Of a stretch of DNA of 64,000 nucleotides, positions 40,230 to 55,810 are shown one piece after another; the stretch's first letter is position 1, and the number at the start of each line of letters is the position of its first letter. The DNA comes from Octopus vulgaris (lineage: Eukaryota). The DNA lies in NCBI GenBank assembly GCA_951406725.2, contig OX597830.1, positions 69,192,001 to 69,256,000 on the forward strand, given 5' to 3'. Position numbers and translations under genes: made by a program. Under the pieces are notes generated by a model. It was given only the letters and a program-made list of their open reading frames with translations, ran no database searches and was not told the DNA's origin.

Positions 40230-43200
40230 CCGATGTGAAAACAATTTGATCATGTATTGGCATGTCCTTGAACGCAGATGACAAGGGAAGCTGCGCATTA
40301 TGTTGATGGGGAGTCTGAAATGACGTTGAAGTCTCTTTTCCTCAAGTCTCTCACGTCGGATTAGTTCAAAGTGTGAAGCTCCTTCGTCGCTGAGGGAACG
40401 CCAGATTTGCCGGTTGTGAGCAAAGTATTCAAGTTGTGCCGGTTGAATGTTGCGGGAGTTAAGGACAAGCTAAAGATGATCCCGGAATCTCATTTTCGGA
40501 GGCGTCCAAAGGAGGAGGAGGTGATCCGTCGTAGAACGTCATCGACGATATGTCCATTTTGTGATATGTCCATTTTACCTAGGTGGTTAAAAGAGTCAAC
40601 ATTTGACAGAAGCGTGTCGTTTATATATAGTTATGTTGCTGGATGTGTTTTTTTTTTTATTAAATACGTTTGAATGATCTCGTTGTGTTTTTTATGTTGA
40701 TGTTAAGACCCAGACGAATATAGGTTTCATCCATGGCACTTAAGAATCGCTGGAGTGATGCTGTTTCCTGAGCAGTGGCAGCGGTAACATTTGCATACCG
40801 GAGCTCAAATATCTGTTGATGCTAGAGAATTCGCTTTGAGCCGGTGGGTCTTGAAAATACTGCCATCATAGCGATAACGGGTTCTTATGCTATCGTCGGT
40901 ACTCTGTTGGACCTAGGAGAGGAGAGTTACAGCTATGTAGATGCTGAACAAAACAGGAATGAGAACGCAACCCTGTTTGACTCCTGGTTTAACTCTAAAT
41001 TGTTCTGAAGACGCTCCACCAAGACAGACTCTGGCTAGCATTCCGTTGTGGAATTTGCGGATGAAAGTTAAAGCAGTTGGAGGATAGCCACACTTTCCAT
41101 AAAATGTCACAATCAACGGTGTCAAACGCATTCGTCATATCGAAGAAACCAAAATTCATTTTTGTTGTTCTCTGCATTTTTCGAGAAGTAAGCGTGCACC
41201 AAATATCAAATCAATTGTGCTCATATAAACCACATTGAGATTCAGGGATGGTGCGGTCCGACACGAAGATAAGAAGATGGCGGAGAATAATGCGTGCAAG
41301 AATGTTGCAAGACACATCCAGAGGCTTCTGCTGTCACTGCAGTCGGATCGATTGCCTTTTCTTTTGTAAATGCAAATAATGATTGGTATTAATTTTTGTT
41401 TGTTTGTTTTTCCAACAGAGAACTAGGAAAGGGTGAAGATATGATGCAAGTTGCGGTCCGCCGTATTTCCAAACCTCTCCAGGGATACAGTCTTCGTTTG
41501 GAGACTTCTTATTCTTTTGGGAGTGCAGTACCTTCTAGACTTCGTCTTGACTGAGTTCAGCTGCTATTTCTTCGATGATTTGAAGTTTTGGAAGCTCATC
41601 TAAAATCGACGTATCTGTCCATCGTTAAGGTTCTTATTGTTTTCTTTAATTAGAGTAGAGCCGTCAGCGATACAGATAGGTGCAATCAGGCAATGCGAAG
41701 GACCGAAGTTGTCTTTGAACAGGTCCGAGAGTTCATAGTTTTCTTTTCTTCAGCGAATTGTTGGATCTTTTCGGAGTTGCGGAGCCACCAACCATTCTGT
41801 GGGGCCTCAGCCCTAAGGTTATGCTAGTTTGGGACTAAGAAATGAAGATTTGAGAGGTGGGCGTTATGAGCACGGTTTTTCGCCTGCAAAAGTGGTTGGA
41901 TAATGTCTGCATTATCCAACCCCTTGAGTTCTTCATGTGGGATTTTCCAATAGTGGGTTCAGAGTGGGTGTGTCGAATGATGGAGAGCGCAGAGTTCCAG
42001 AGTAAGTTGAGTTCATTCTGATTCTGTTCGACCTCGATTCCTTCCCTATGTTATTTTCCATATTGCGAGGGAGTTCTTGTAGAACTGGAAGAACTAGAAC
42101 AACTGGGCAGACAGTAGCGACGTTTTTTTGTTTTTGGAGCTCAGTGTGTTTTGTTTTGGAAACACTTTTGCTTTTTCTGGCCGGAGGGCGGATTTGAAGA
42201 CATAGGTGCGCGCATCGTATGGGGATCGGCCTAACATTCTGCACCGCGCTTGTATTTGATGTAGAAGGCATCGTTCTGATCATTTTGACGAACACTCACG
42301 TAATTGAGGAGATGCCATATCTTGGAGCGAAGGTGTATCCTCCTCCAAGCTGAGTGTAGAGACTGGTAGAAGGCGTCTTTAGTTTCTTCATTAATGCCTA
42401 ACGTCGGGGAATATACACTGAAGATAGTGGCATGTACTTTGTTACTGAGGAGAATTCGAAAGGTCATCTGCCGTTCAATTATATCGGTTGAAATCGAAGA
42501 GATGTTCTCCAGTAAAGACCAACGGACAGCAAATCCTGCACTATGAATTCTATTTTTGATTTGAAAAAGTCCTTTCCAGAAGTATATGTATCTTTCATCA
42601 ACTTCAGTGAGAGATCCGTCATCAGAGAATTTTGTTATGCTGAATGCATATCCACATTGCACCCTTTCAGTTAAAAGGCGATGAGCGCGGTCCTAAGGTT
42701 GGGTCGATCGTGGTCATCACGGTCAATCAAAGTTCGTATATTCCATGTAGCAAAAAATGAGAGATTGTGATGGTTTTCTTATTAATCTTCGACCGCAGTA
42801 TGGAGATGGCTTGCCAGGTGCGGTATTCTAGCTAGGTAAAAGGTCTGACATCTTTTAGACTACATTTCCTAAGCCTCTCCTCAACTGAGGCGCTGAGAGT
42901 CTACAAAAGATCCTCCTGGTCACACAGATAGGACAAAAATCGGTGTGAAGTCCCAGAGTCACATCGAGACCACCGTCTTGCCTGCACCACCAAGAAGGTG
43001 GGATAAGAGGTGTGAGAACAAAGCTTACGCACGGAGTTGTATAGGGTGATGGGACGGGCAGTTAGTCCCATTCGCATGCACCTGACTCTTGTTCAGCAGT
43101 ACTTCGGTGACAAGAGAAATGTCCAAGACGACCAAAAGCTGTCAAGAAATTGCAGCTAGTTGCCGGAATCCAGGTTGCTACTCACCTGGGCAAGGTTTTA

Positions 43201-43550
43201 GGTTGGAGTTTCCATCTCGTAGAAAGATTGCCTCTCAAGGCTAATGAGCTCCATCTGCTCGCGAACAGAGCTATTTCTGAATGCTCTTTCACCATCTCAC
43301 AGAAAGGATATCTACGCCCACATTCACCGAAACACAGTTGACCTTCAGTCGTAACCCTTACCATGAAGAAGCGTTATACCCCGTAATACAGGGCCCTTGC
43401 CTGAACTTGGCTGCTACTTTTACAGTACCTGCACCGCGACATGGAAGCGCTAGGCAAGAATTACCGCCGTATAAATTAGGGAAGATGACCCGAACTACCA
43501 TCAACAAGGACCTTAGCTATCAGTAGCCAGGTCTCCATCGGAAGCCGGGA
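40180..43550 (-). mobile_element. Near full-length decayed RTE (BovB-like) LINE
   Basis: ATWNIRTL, AGFAV, ATIFSVYSPTL...KDAFY (APE); FFDMTNAFDTV, GVKQGCVL.PVLF (RT); long 5' UTR. Confidence 0.92.
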
Positions 43551-43669
43551 ATCATAAAAACGTACAAATATAAAACATAAAATATGCTTTATATATGTAT
43601 AAAGATAAAAATAGAAAGCAACAGGATGCAATAGAATGTAGTAGAATAAGAATGAAAAAAATACACATT

Positions 43670-43870
43670 CTTTTATTCTTTTACTTGTTTCAGTCATTTA
43701 ACTGCGGCCATACTGGTGCACCGCCTTTAGTCGAACAAATCGACCCCAGGAATTATTCTTTGAAAGCCTGGTGCTTATTCTATCAGTCTTTTTTCCCAAA
43801 CCGGTAGATTACGGGGAAGTAAACGTACCAACATCGGTTGTCAAGCAATGGTGTGGGACAAACACACAAA
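43670..43870 (-). mobile_element. Partial tRNA SINE (copy ~59410-59610)
   Basis: tacttgtttcagtcatt..ctgcggcca...tcgaccccagg body. Confidence 0.8.
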
Positions 43871-45254
43871 TAAATACGTGTAGCTATATATATATAGTTC
43901 GTAGTCCACCACAACACGTGGGTATGTGGGTATTTGGTTAGAGTAGTATGGAAGTTACAAAACTGTCCCGAAGTGGATGGAATATATTCAAATATATTAA
44001 AGGATAAAATCGTTAAAACCTTTCAGTGGCCAGCATATAAAACAGAAATTTTAGATAAATTCACATATATTTGATGCGAATATATTTGTGGTATTTGCAT
44101 GTAATCGCCACTTTGCCTTTGCTTCTCTGTGAGTATGCATACATGTCTCACTTATTTCGCTCAGTATGCTTTTCTAATAGAGGAAGCCTTATCAAACTAA
44201 TCCAGAAAACTTAGTTTTGCAAACGTTGTTTCATTTCGATTTCAAAATTTTTATTGAAATTCTCATAAATATTCGCCGATTCATACCCTGCCCTATTTTA
44301 AACATACCCCGATATTGCTGAGTACAAACGACTTGTATGAACGAGAAATGCAGCAACAAAACCACTAACACTAAAGTTTAGGTTGAATCTATCTTCCTAG
44401 GTATACATATATACTTGCCGTGATCCCTATCTACCTATATACATACACACATGCATATGCATACATACATACATGCATACATACATACGTAGATACATAC
44501 ATACATATTACATGCATTCATACATACATAAATACACACCTACATACATGCATGCATTAATGAATACACACATATGTACATAGATATAAAATGCATATAT
44601 ATATATACTTATTTTGTGTGTGTTCGTCTTTGGGTGTCTAAACGACCCTCGATGTGGATGTATGTGTATATTTGTATATCTCTATCTTTTTCTCCCTCAA
44701 ACAATATATATATACGTGTTACAATTTAGTCCTTTTGCAACATTGAAATAGTCCTTCCGGTACTTATGCCCTGTATGATCATACCCTACTTTTATTCATA
44801 TATTCGGGTATATTTCTATTTGTATTTATTTTCCAGCTGCTAATGCTCTCTGTCAATCAATTCGCAGACTGACCATTTCCAAAGACACCCATCTTTATAC
44901 CTGTCTTGCATCCCCCTCCCTCTCTTCTGTACTTTCTTTCTCACCATCTTTCTTTCCTTTCTCTCCTCTATTGTTTTGAGGAGTATTTATTCTCCCTTTA
45001 TCATTTCACTTAAATATAATTTCAAACTATTTCCTTTACTTTTCACAGACTGACCATTTCCAAAGATAAACTTTTTATAGTCCTCTTCCTTCCCCCTCCC
45101 TCTTTCGTGTGCTTTCTCCTTCTCACCACGCTTACTTTCTGTCTCTCGTCTACTTTATGTTTTGGCGAGTATTTATTTATTTATTTATTTATTATTTGTG
45201 TCTTTACTATTTCTCTTAACATGATTTTATTTTTAAATATTTTACTCTTTTTAC

Positions 45255-45487
45255 TCTTTTACTCTCTTACTTGTTTCAGTCATTTGACTGCTGCCATGCT
45301 GGAGCACAGCCTTTAGTCGAGCAAATCGACACCAGGACTTATTGTTTGTAAGCCTAGTACTTGTTATAACGGGGTCTTTTGCCGAACCGCTAAGTTACGG
45401 GGACGTAAACACACCAGCATCGGTTGTCAAGCGATGTTGGGGGGACGAACACGGACACGCAAACATATACACAAACACATACATATG

Positions 45488-45551
<64 letters not shown>

Positions 45552-45712
45552 CGACAGGCTTCTTTCATTTTCCGTCTACCAAATCCACTGACAAGGCATT
45601 GGTCAGCCCGAGGCTATAGAAAACACTTGCCCAACGCGACACACAGTGGGACTGAACCCGGAACCATGTGGTTCGTAAGCAAGCTACTTACCACACAGCC
45701 ACTCCTACGCCT
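45255..45712 (-). mobile_element. Full-length tRNA-derived SINE with internal microsatellite (copies ~51690-52142, ~60990-61429)
   Basis: Head aggcgtaggagTGGCTGTGTGGtaag...GGTTCAGTCC (pol III A and B boxes). Confidence 0.88.
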
Positions 45713-46289
45713 ATTTTGTTTAATTTTTATTCAGTTTTCCACTTCAGTCCTTCTCATCTTTCATTCTTTCTTTTTATAATTACAATATTGTCGTTTTCTC
45801 TCTCACATTTTTCTTTCTTTCTTCGTCTCCCTTTATCTTTCTCTGATCATATCTTTTTCATCCTTCCCCCTCTAAATTCTTATAAAATCTCGCGCCATCT
45901 GCCCAACTCAACACATTAGGCGTATATAACGTGATGCAGTAAGATGTTCCCTGATGATCCGTTGTTGTTAAGAATCCATTCCACTTGAAACATCCAATGC
46001 AGTCTCGCAAAGAACTAGAATAGTGAAACGTACGTTGGAACGAACAATCTAGCCTTGAGTTTATCGGAATTGGTCATGCATATATATGCGTGTGTGTGTA
46101 TGTTCGTGCAGGCGTAAATGTATTCGTAAATATTGACATACAGACTTAACATCGATAATTATTGTTAAGATATTGCTCAAAAATACGTTTTATCGCTGTC
46201 GAGCCTGTTGAGGGTGAGAGAGATGAGTAACAGGAAAAGATAATTAACGGAATTATAATTGTTGGAAGCTGTAGCGACACGGTATACAA

Positions 46290-46723
46290 TGTTTTGATTA
46301 GCAGATATTTCTAATTAAGTGAAAGTCTCCGCCACATCATATCGCAATTCGACGGCAAAGCAGTTGAAATCCAAAAATGAGAGATTGATAGGAAATAATT
46401 AATAAGCGAAAGATAGAGTGAAGCCCTAGCAGTCTGAAAACATTTTAGGGGTTACTGATTGCATGGGACATATTTTCAGTTAAACTTAGAAACTTTTCTT
46501 TACAACCTTGATAATATGTAGCTGCCTGGTCAATATTGAAAAGAGAAAGCAAATCTTTACATAGATATATACATACAAACATACACACATAAATACCTAC
46601 GTACATATACATACATACGTACATACATACATACATACATACATACATACATACATACATACATACATACATACATACATGTATGCATGCATGCATATAT
46701 AATTAAACTGCCCTGGTTGCTAG
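46290..46723 (-). pseudogene. Next decayed exon of the same module (microsatellite-interrupted); copies ~52720-53189, ~62010-62468
   Basis: Acceptor ccttgtttcaccttacAG|ctagcaaccag; remnants MFSDC*GFTLSFAY*LFP and LLCR-NCDMMWRRL. Confidence 0.4.
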
Positions 46724-46809
46724 CTGTAAGGTGAAACAAGGAAGGATGTGTAGGATTACAGGGTTTGAGAGGTAAATATATCAATCAGACACACAAACAC
46801 TCACATACT

Positions 46810-46854
<45 letters not shown>

Positions 46855-47017
46855 ACACTCATACACAGAAGTATGCAGCGACATTCAATATCCTTATTGT
46901 CGCTCGTAATTCAAGTACCAGGCAGTTTTGATATTTTTCTTCGTATTCCATTTGAAATTCTTGTTCACATTCTCATAATTATTCGATGAATCATGCTCTG
47001 CTCTATTTTAAACAAAC

Positions 47018-47371
47018 CTACACGTTGTATTATTATTTTTACTTCCTAATTCAATGAATAATCACAAATATCTTTGTATAGAAATCAACTTCTGTCTGGG
47101 CAAACGATATTTCAGCAAAGAAGCATTAAACTATATTCACGATAAATGCAGGATAAAACAATGATAATCTTGGCAGCGTTTTCTGGAAGTTGAATGTAGT
47201 CTTCGAAGAAGGCTCAAAAGTACTCCTTAATTTTGGTGATGCATGACCTGTAGGAGCGTAGATATTTCCATCTTGTTATTGGGTATGTAAGGGAATATTA
47301 GGGTGTGTGGATTTAGCAATATGCATTTAAAAATCCTTTTCAATTTAATACTATGATACATTGGTTGTTAG
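47018..47371 (-). pseudogene. Decayed 354-nt phase-1/1 exon, putative Frizzled-like (ROR/MuSK-type) cysteine-rich domain; copy ~62819-63171
   Basis: Acceptor ccttgtttcactttgcAG|, donor ag|GTttgt. Frame: NNQCIIVLN*KGFLNAYC...SCITKIKEYF*AFFEDYIQLPENAAKIIIVLSCIY...IVCPDRS*FLYKDICDY...QRV (7 stops). Paralogues supply the missing cysteines. Confidence 0.45.
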
Positions 47372-48069
47372 CTGCAAAGTGAAACAAGGATGACAAATAT
47401 CATAATAGGTTTTGACATTTAAATACATAAATAAAACATACACACATACACAAAGAGGCACGCACTCACACATGTGCACATTCTCTCACGCATAAAACCA
47501 CGTTCAGTCTCCTTTATCTCTCTCGGAATTCATGTACCACGCAGATTTATTTAATCTGTTTGTATTCGATTTGAAATGTTTGTTGAAATTCTCATAAATA
47601 CCCTGCCCTATTTTAAACATACCCAGGCGTTGCCATGTAACATCAACCCGTAGCAACGAGAAATGCAGCAACAAAATCATTAGCAATTAATTATATGTTG
47701 AACCTATTTTCATACGTATACACGTACTTGCCGTGCTCCCTATCTACCTGTCTATATACATACACACACGCAAATGCATACATACACACATACATGCATA
47801 CATGCATACATAGATACATACATATTACATGCATTCATACATACATAAATACCTACCTACATGCACATATGCATGCATTCATACATGCACATATATGTAT
47901 ACACTTTGTGTGTGTGTGTGTTCGTCTTTGTGTGTCTAAGCGACCTTCGATTTGGGTATATGTGTATATTTGTATAGATCTATCTTTTTCTCCCTGAAAC
48001 AATATATATATATATATATACTAGCTGAAGGTGACCCGCTCTACGCGCGGGTAAGAGTGTTGTTGTTAC

Positions 48070-48400
48070 TTTCTGTTGCTTCCTTTCAGCACGTAAAAAG
48101 CACCATCCGAACGTGGCCGATTCCAGAGCCGCCTTGACAGGCTTCTGTGCCAGTGGCACGTAAAAAGCATCAACCGATCGTTGCCGCTCCAAGCCCACCT
48201 GGCACCTGTGCCGGAAGCACGAAAAAAGCACCCACTACACTCACAGAGTGGTTGGCGTTAAAAAGGTCATCAACCTGTAGAAACACTGCCACATCAGACT
48301 GGAGCCTGGTGCAGCCTCCTTACTTCCCAGACCCCGGTCAAACTATCCAACCCGTGCAAGCACGGAAAACGGACGTTAAACGATGATGATGATGATGATT
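48070..48400 (+). mobile_element. RTE-tailed SINE fragment
   Basis: Repeated ggcacgtaaaaagca units; ends cggacgttaaac(gat)n. Confidence 0.7.
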
Positions 48401-49152
48401 CTCCCTCTTTGTTTCTCTCTCCTTTCTTTCTCACTTTCCCTCTCTCTTACTTTTCTTTTCTCTCGGACTCTCCCTCGCTTTCTCTTACTCTCTATCTTTA
48501 TCTATCTCTCTCCCATTTATAAACAACAAAAGATCTTGAGTAAGTTGAGAAATAAAATATTTAGAAAGATCAATCATAAATATCAGGCAGTGGCAACGGA
48601 AAGGTCTGCTTCAAGGCAGACAGCAAAACGCTAACATTTAAAAGGGACAGACGAACTTGCGAGCTGAATAAAAATAATAAAATATTGGAAAGCAAAGTTT
48701 GAAAGGATAGAATCTGAGGATAGTAGAGTCACCATGACTGGCATTTCTTAACGACGGACAGCAACGTATTGACAGTTTAACGGCTGGCGTAAAATTTTGA
48801 ACTTGATGTAAAAGAAAATTCGTAAACACCAACTGGTTCTTTCTCACGACAGTAGACTCACCATGGCAAGCATTCCAAACCTCTTCATCATGGACGGCAA
48901 CACATTGAAGATTAAAAGGCTGGCGCAATTTTTTTAGCTTGCTGTAACAGAGAATTCCTAAACACTCGCTCCTTTAAATTTTAATCCCCTTCCAGCCCCA
49001 TTTATACACCTTTTCACATTTTGGTTAATATAACACGATTTCATTCGGGTCTACTGGGGCAACATTTTATAAGATGAGGAATTTTGTCCTAGAGGTCCCG
49101 CCTTTCATTTGAGTAAAAAATAGTTGTCATGCAAACTTGCCAGCAATTTTAA

Positions 49153-50240
49153 CCCTTTCGTTACCAAACCGCCCAAAGCCGCCCGAAAAAAAGTTTGGTT
49201 AATGTGACCACACCGCCCAAACCCGCCCGTATTTACCTATTTATATTTAAATGAGAATATCAGAGCAAATCTCTTTATTACATTCGTGAAAACACGTGAT
49301 TATACTTCGTAAACAGTTCATCTACAGTTTTGTACAACGATCGAAGGGTAATTTTAATTCCGTGAATTTTGGGAGATTTTTTTCCGAAATTTGTTTCTAT
49401 TGTGATTTCAAAATTTGTAATTCTGACAGAAAATGGATACGAATTTCATCATATCAAGCAGCGAGTCCGAATTCGAAGGATTTTCTACTGAAGACCTTGA
49501 TAAATTTAACTCTATGACTGAAAAAAAAACAGGACGTGGTATTTGATAATGGATCGGATGTTTCATTTTCCGAAAGTGAAAACAGTGAATCCGAGAGCTC
49601 CGACAGCGATAAAGAAAATGAATTGGCACCTGAATGGAGTGAAAATTGAAAAACTGTTTCTTTCGGTGATTTTTCTGAAGAAACTGGACCAAGCCACAGA
49701 CTTTCCCAGGAGAGTAAAGCCTTAGACTATTTCTTTTTACTTTTTCGAATGAACCTATTTGAAATCATTACGGCGGAAACGAACCGTTACGCTAAATGTA
49801 AACAAAGCGAAAGAAAGGATAGTTAGTGGTTTCCCACAACCTTAAATGAAATTAAGACTATTTTGCCATAAATATTATTATGAGTATCAGAAAGTTACCC
49901 AGAATAACAAATTCTATCGTAAAATTTTGTTGTATACCCAATTGAATATTAGCTAATAACTCATTTTCTATAGCGATGTTTGAACAAAATTTTGATAATT
50001 TTATATTTTGTTGAATTTACCTGTTTTTACCTGTAATTAGAGTCACTTTGTGACAAAAATCGTAGTATAGAATTGTTTGAGAACATTTCATTAAATTATC
50101 TTCCAAAAATCACATTAAAATATTGATAAATAAAAATGTTATAGTTGTTTAATGAAACCAAACTAAATTTATGATTACGTTAGAACTTACTTGAAACACA
50201 TAAGGGGTGTATTTTGGTCAGAAATATAGTATCGAAAGGG
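49153..50240 (+). mobile_element. Internally deleted piggyBac transposon
   Basis: TTAA|CCCTTTCGTTAC ... GTATCGAAAGGG|TTCA; transposase remnant (acidic SESESSDSD tract, LDYF, LFEIITAETNRYA, WFPTT). Confidence 0.9.
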
Positions 50241-50298
50241 TTCATAGGTGTGCATATTTTCAGCTGAACCGACCGACCATATAATGCACACTTTATAC

Positions 50299-50348
<50 letters not shown>

Positions 50349-51053
50349 ACGCATTATATTTACAAATTATATATATATATGTATAAATTAAATTTGAGAA
50401 AAAAACCACTAAGAGGCAAAAAAACAAAAACAAAAACATAAAAATTAAAATATTATATAGAAAATATAGAATATTTAAAAATTTCATTTATTTAAATTTA
50501 GAATAAAAATTATTAAATTATATTTATAATTTGTTTAAAAATATATATAACTATCAAAATGTATTAAAAAGTTTAATATACATAAATACAGTTATATACA
50601 CTTTGTATATTTACATTATATATACATATTTATATATCGAACACACACACACACATATATAAATGAACGCAATGAATATCTGATTCATAATATTTGTTCT
50701 CATGATTGTGTGTTGTTGGTGGCAATGATAATACTCCCTATGAATGCAGGCAGATAGATCAAAGAACACCGTCTGACGAACTTATAAAGGAAAAGTGAAA
50801 GGGAGTTGAAGGGAATACATTAAATAACGGGAGTGGAATTGTCAAAGTTATACAATGAAGGGGAGTAAAAGGGGAATGGAGGAAATAGCGTGAGTGAGAA
50901 AGATGGCCCCTAGCAACCACACCTTTCAAGATAGGGATTTCTAACGTCGCCCACAGGCATCGTCACCTCATTCTACATGTCCCTGTAAATTTTAGAGCGA
51001 ATCGGACGGGACGTTCTGGCATTGAAAGCGAGCCAAACGGTAAAAATGCATTT

Positions 51054-53759
<2,706 letters not shown>

Positions 53760-54003
53760 CACTGGAGAGTCAAGTTTCCGGAAAACTGTATTTGTGCATT
53801 GCGACTCTAGCAGTTTTATTCTGCAAATTAAGCTTGCTGTAATTTTTAATTGATACTTTTTCTACCCTAATTTGAATTATGCTAGTCTTGAGTAATTGCG
53901 ATGTAACCAAAGAACACATTGTAATTTAAACTTCTCCAGGAATATTAATTTAAGCAAAAGGATAGATAAAAGCAAAAGTTTGCAATTCATTGCACTCCTC
54001 CCC

Positions 54004-54088
<85 letters not shown>

Positions 54089-54718
54089 AATAAGAGTAAA
54101 CAATAGCTTTAATGGTTTTTAAAAAAAACAACAATTATTTACCGGAAGATTTCGGCATGTAAATATAACCATTAACGGTGGAAACTTCTATAAAAGTTCA
54201 ATATATATTTTGTATATAAATGAAAAAAGGCAGGCAACATGTTGCTCAGCCACATACCGAAAAAATTAGAAATAGAAGTCAAAGACTGTTTATTTCTATT
54301 TTCTACAAATAAGACTCCACATACTACATTTTTTTTACACACAATTTTTTGTACATGATGAAGGGTTTGCCAATTGTTGATGTAGCTCCCAAAAAATATA
54401 TTTGAGCTTCATGTTACCCATATATTCATTAGTGAAATATTTCAGTATGTTGGGACTGATAAAGTAGCATGAAGTATCATGAAAGCCCAACTTCTCTGTG
54501 CCTTCTGCGTGCTGAAAGCAGCCCTCTAAAATGGCATGGCAATGCTTCTCAATATTTGTAATACTGCCACCTGGCGTGTGTGTTTGTGTGTGTGGTTGGC
54601 GCATCTGTACAATGCCCTCGTGTTTGGCACCGATTTTGGAATACTGTTAAATAGATAATTCAAGTATTTTAAATGTAATATGCGAATAAATTGGTTCTTG
54701 TCACAATTCACAACATCG

Positions 54719-54751
<33 letters not shown>

Positions 54752-55718
54752 AATTTGTATCATAAACCGTGAATCCTCGAAATTTTTCTGAATATATCGC
54801 TTTTCCATTTGTAAATTATTTTCAAATTTTAATAAAGAACGTATGTATCATACTGTCCTGTTTTAAACATTGAAACGAAAATATATAAAAGGAATTTCGA
54901 AAAAACTTCAAAAGTAAAGACATTGTTGGGGTTGGGTTATCAAATTAATAAAACTATATTTCCGTGGTTTCTTAATCAGTCTTTTGCAATTAATATCGGA
55001 ATAGACTATCAAAAACTACCCAGAAAAACAATTAGTTATAGATTTTTAAATGGAATTCTTTGATTAAAACACCAGCAAGTAGGAGTTACTTTATTTCTGC
55101 AAAAATATGGGGAATGATTACGGAGATGTACTTGCATAGCGAACGACTTGATCTGAGATCGTGTGCTGGAACGAAAACAATTGCAGCGTGGAAGTTGTTT
55201 ATAAACCATTTACGAAACACACAAAACCGTTAGATTCACTTCAACATTTGAATTTAATTTGTCAAAATATTTTCATCGCTTTGAGACCGCGACCTGTTCA
55301 CTGACAAAGCTTCGTTGCTAAAGCGACGAAAATATTTTGACAAATTAAATATAAATGTTGAAGTGAATCTAACGGTTTTGTGTGTTTCTTAAATGGGGAA
55401 TGATCACGATTTAAAAAACCTTTGATAAGGGATCAGAGCGATCAGTTACAGCTTGACGATAAACAACAAAGTCATTAAATATGATAAAACAGATTCCACT
55501 GCCAACATTTGAAGCAGTCTTTCTAGATTACATGTGAGAGACGCAACACATTCTCACATTTATAAACTCAAACAGAATATCTTCTCAATAACAATCAGTC
55601 AACATAATATTGCAACATAAATTCGACAAATAAAGTACACGAAACGCATTGAAGTGTGACGTAGCCCATACTAAATGAGTAAATTCGGTAAAATGGGCTT
55701 TTGTATACATATATGCAC

Positions 55719-55810
<92 letters not shown>

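Larger units (their letters stand above)
48021..50310 (-). mobile_element. Non-autonomous Helitron with nested SINE and piggyBac (3' end duplicated at ~63820)
   Basis: Minus strand cccgc-gcgtaga-gcggg hairpin, then 10 nt, then CTAG|T at 48021; the 5' boundary is inferred. Confidence 0.6.

Noticed and set aside
45640-45712. tRNA gene
   Set aside because: It has A/B boxes but continues into a SINE body; it is the SINE head.
47340-47680. Spliced 29-aa secreted peptide MILLLHFSLLRVDVTWQRL|ANNQCIIVLN* (variant at 63140-63480)
   Set aside because: The hydrophobic stretch aligns with the decayed tail of the module (aattgc..atg = NC.M), and the paralogue at 44308-44374 has no ATG, so it is better explained as pseudo-exon debris.
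50770-50800. ctgacga-acttataaag-gaaa hammerhead-like string
   Set aside because: No stem III or cleavage triplet follows.
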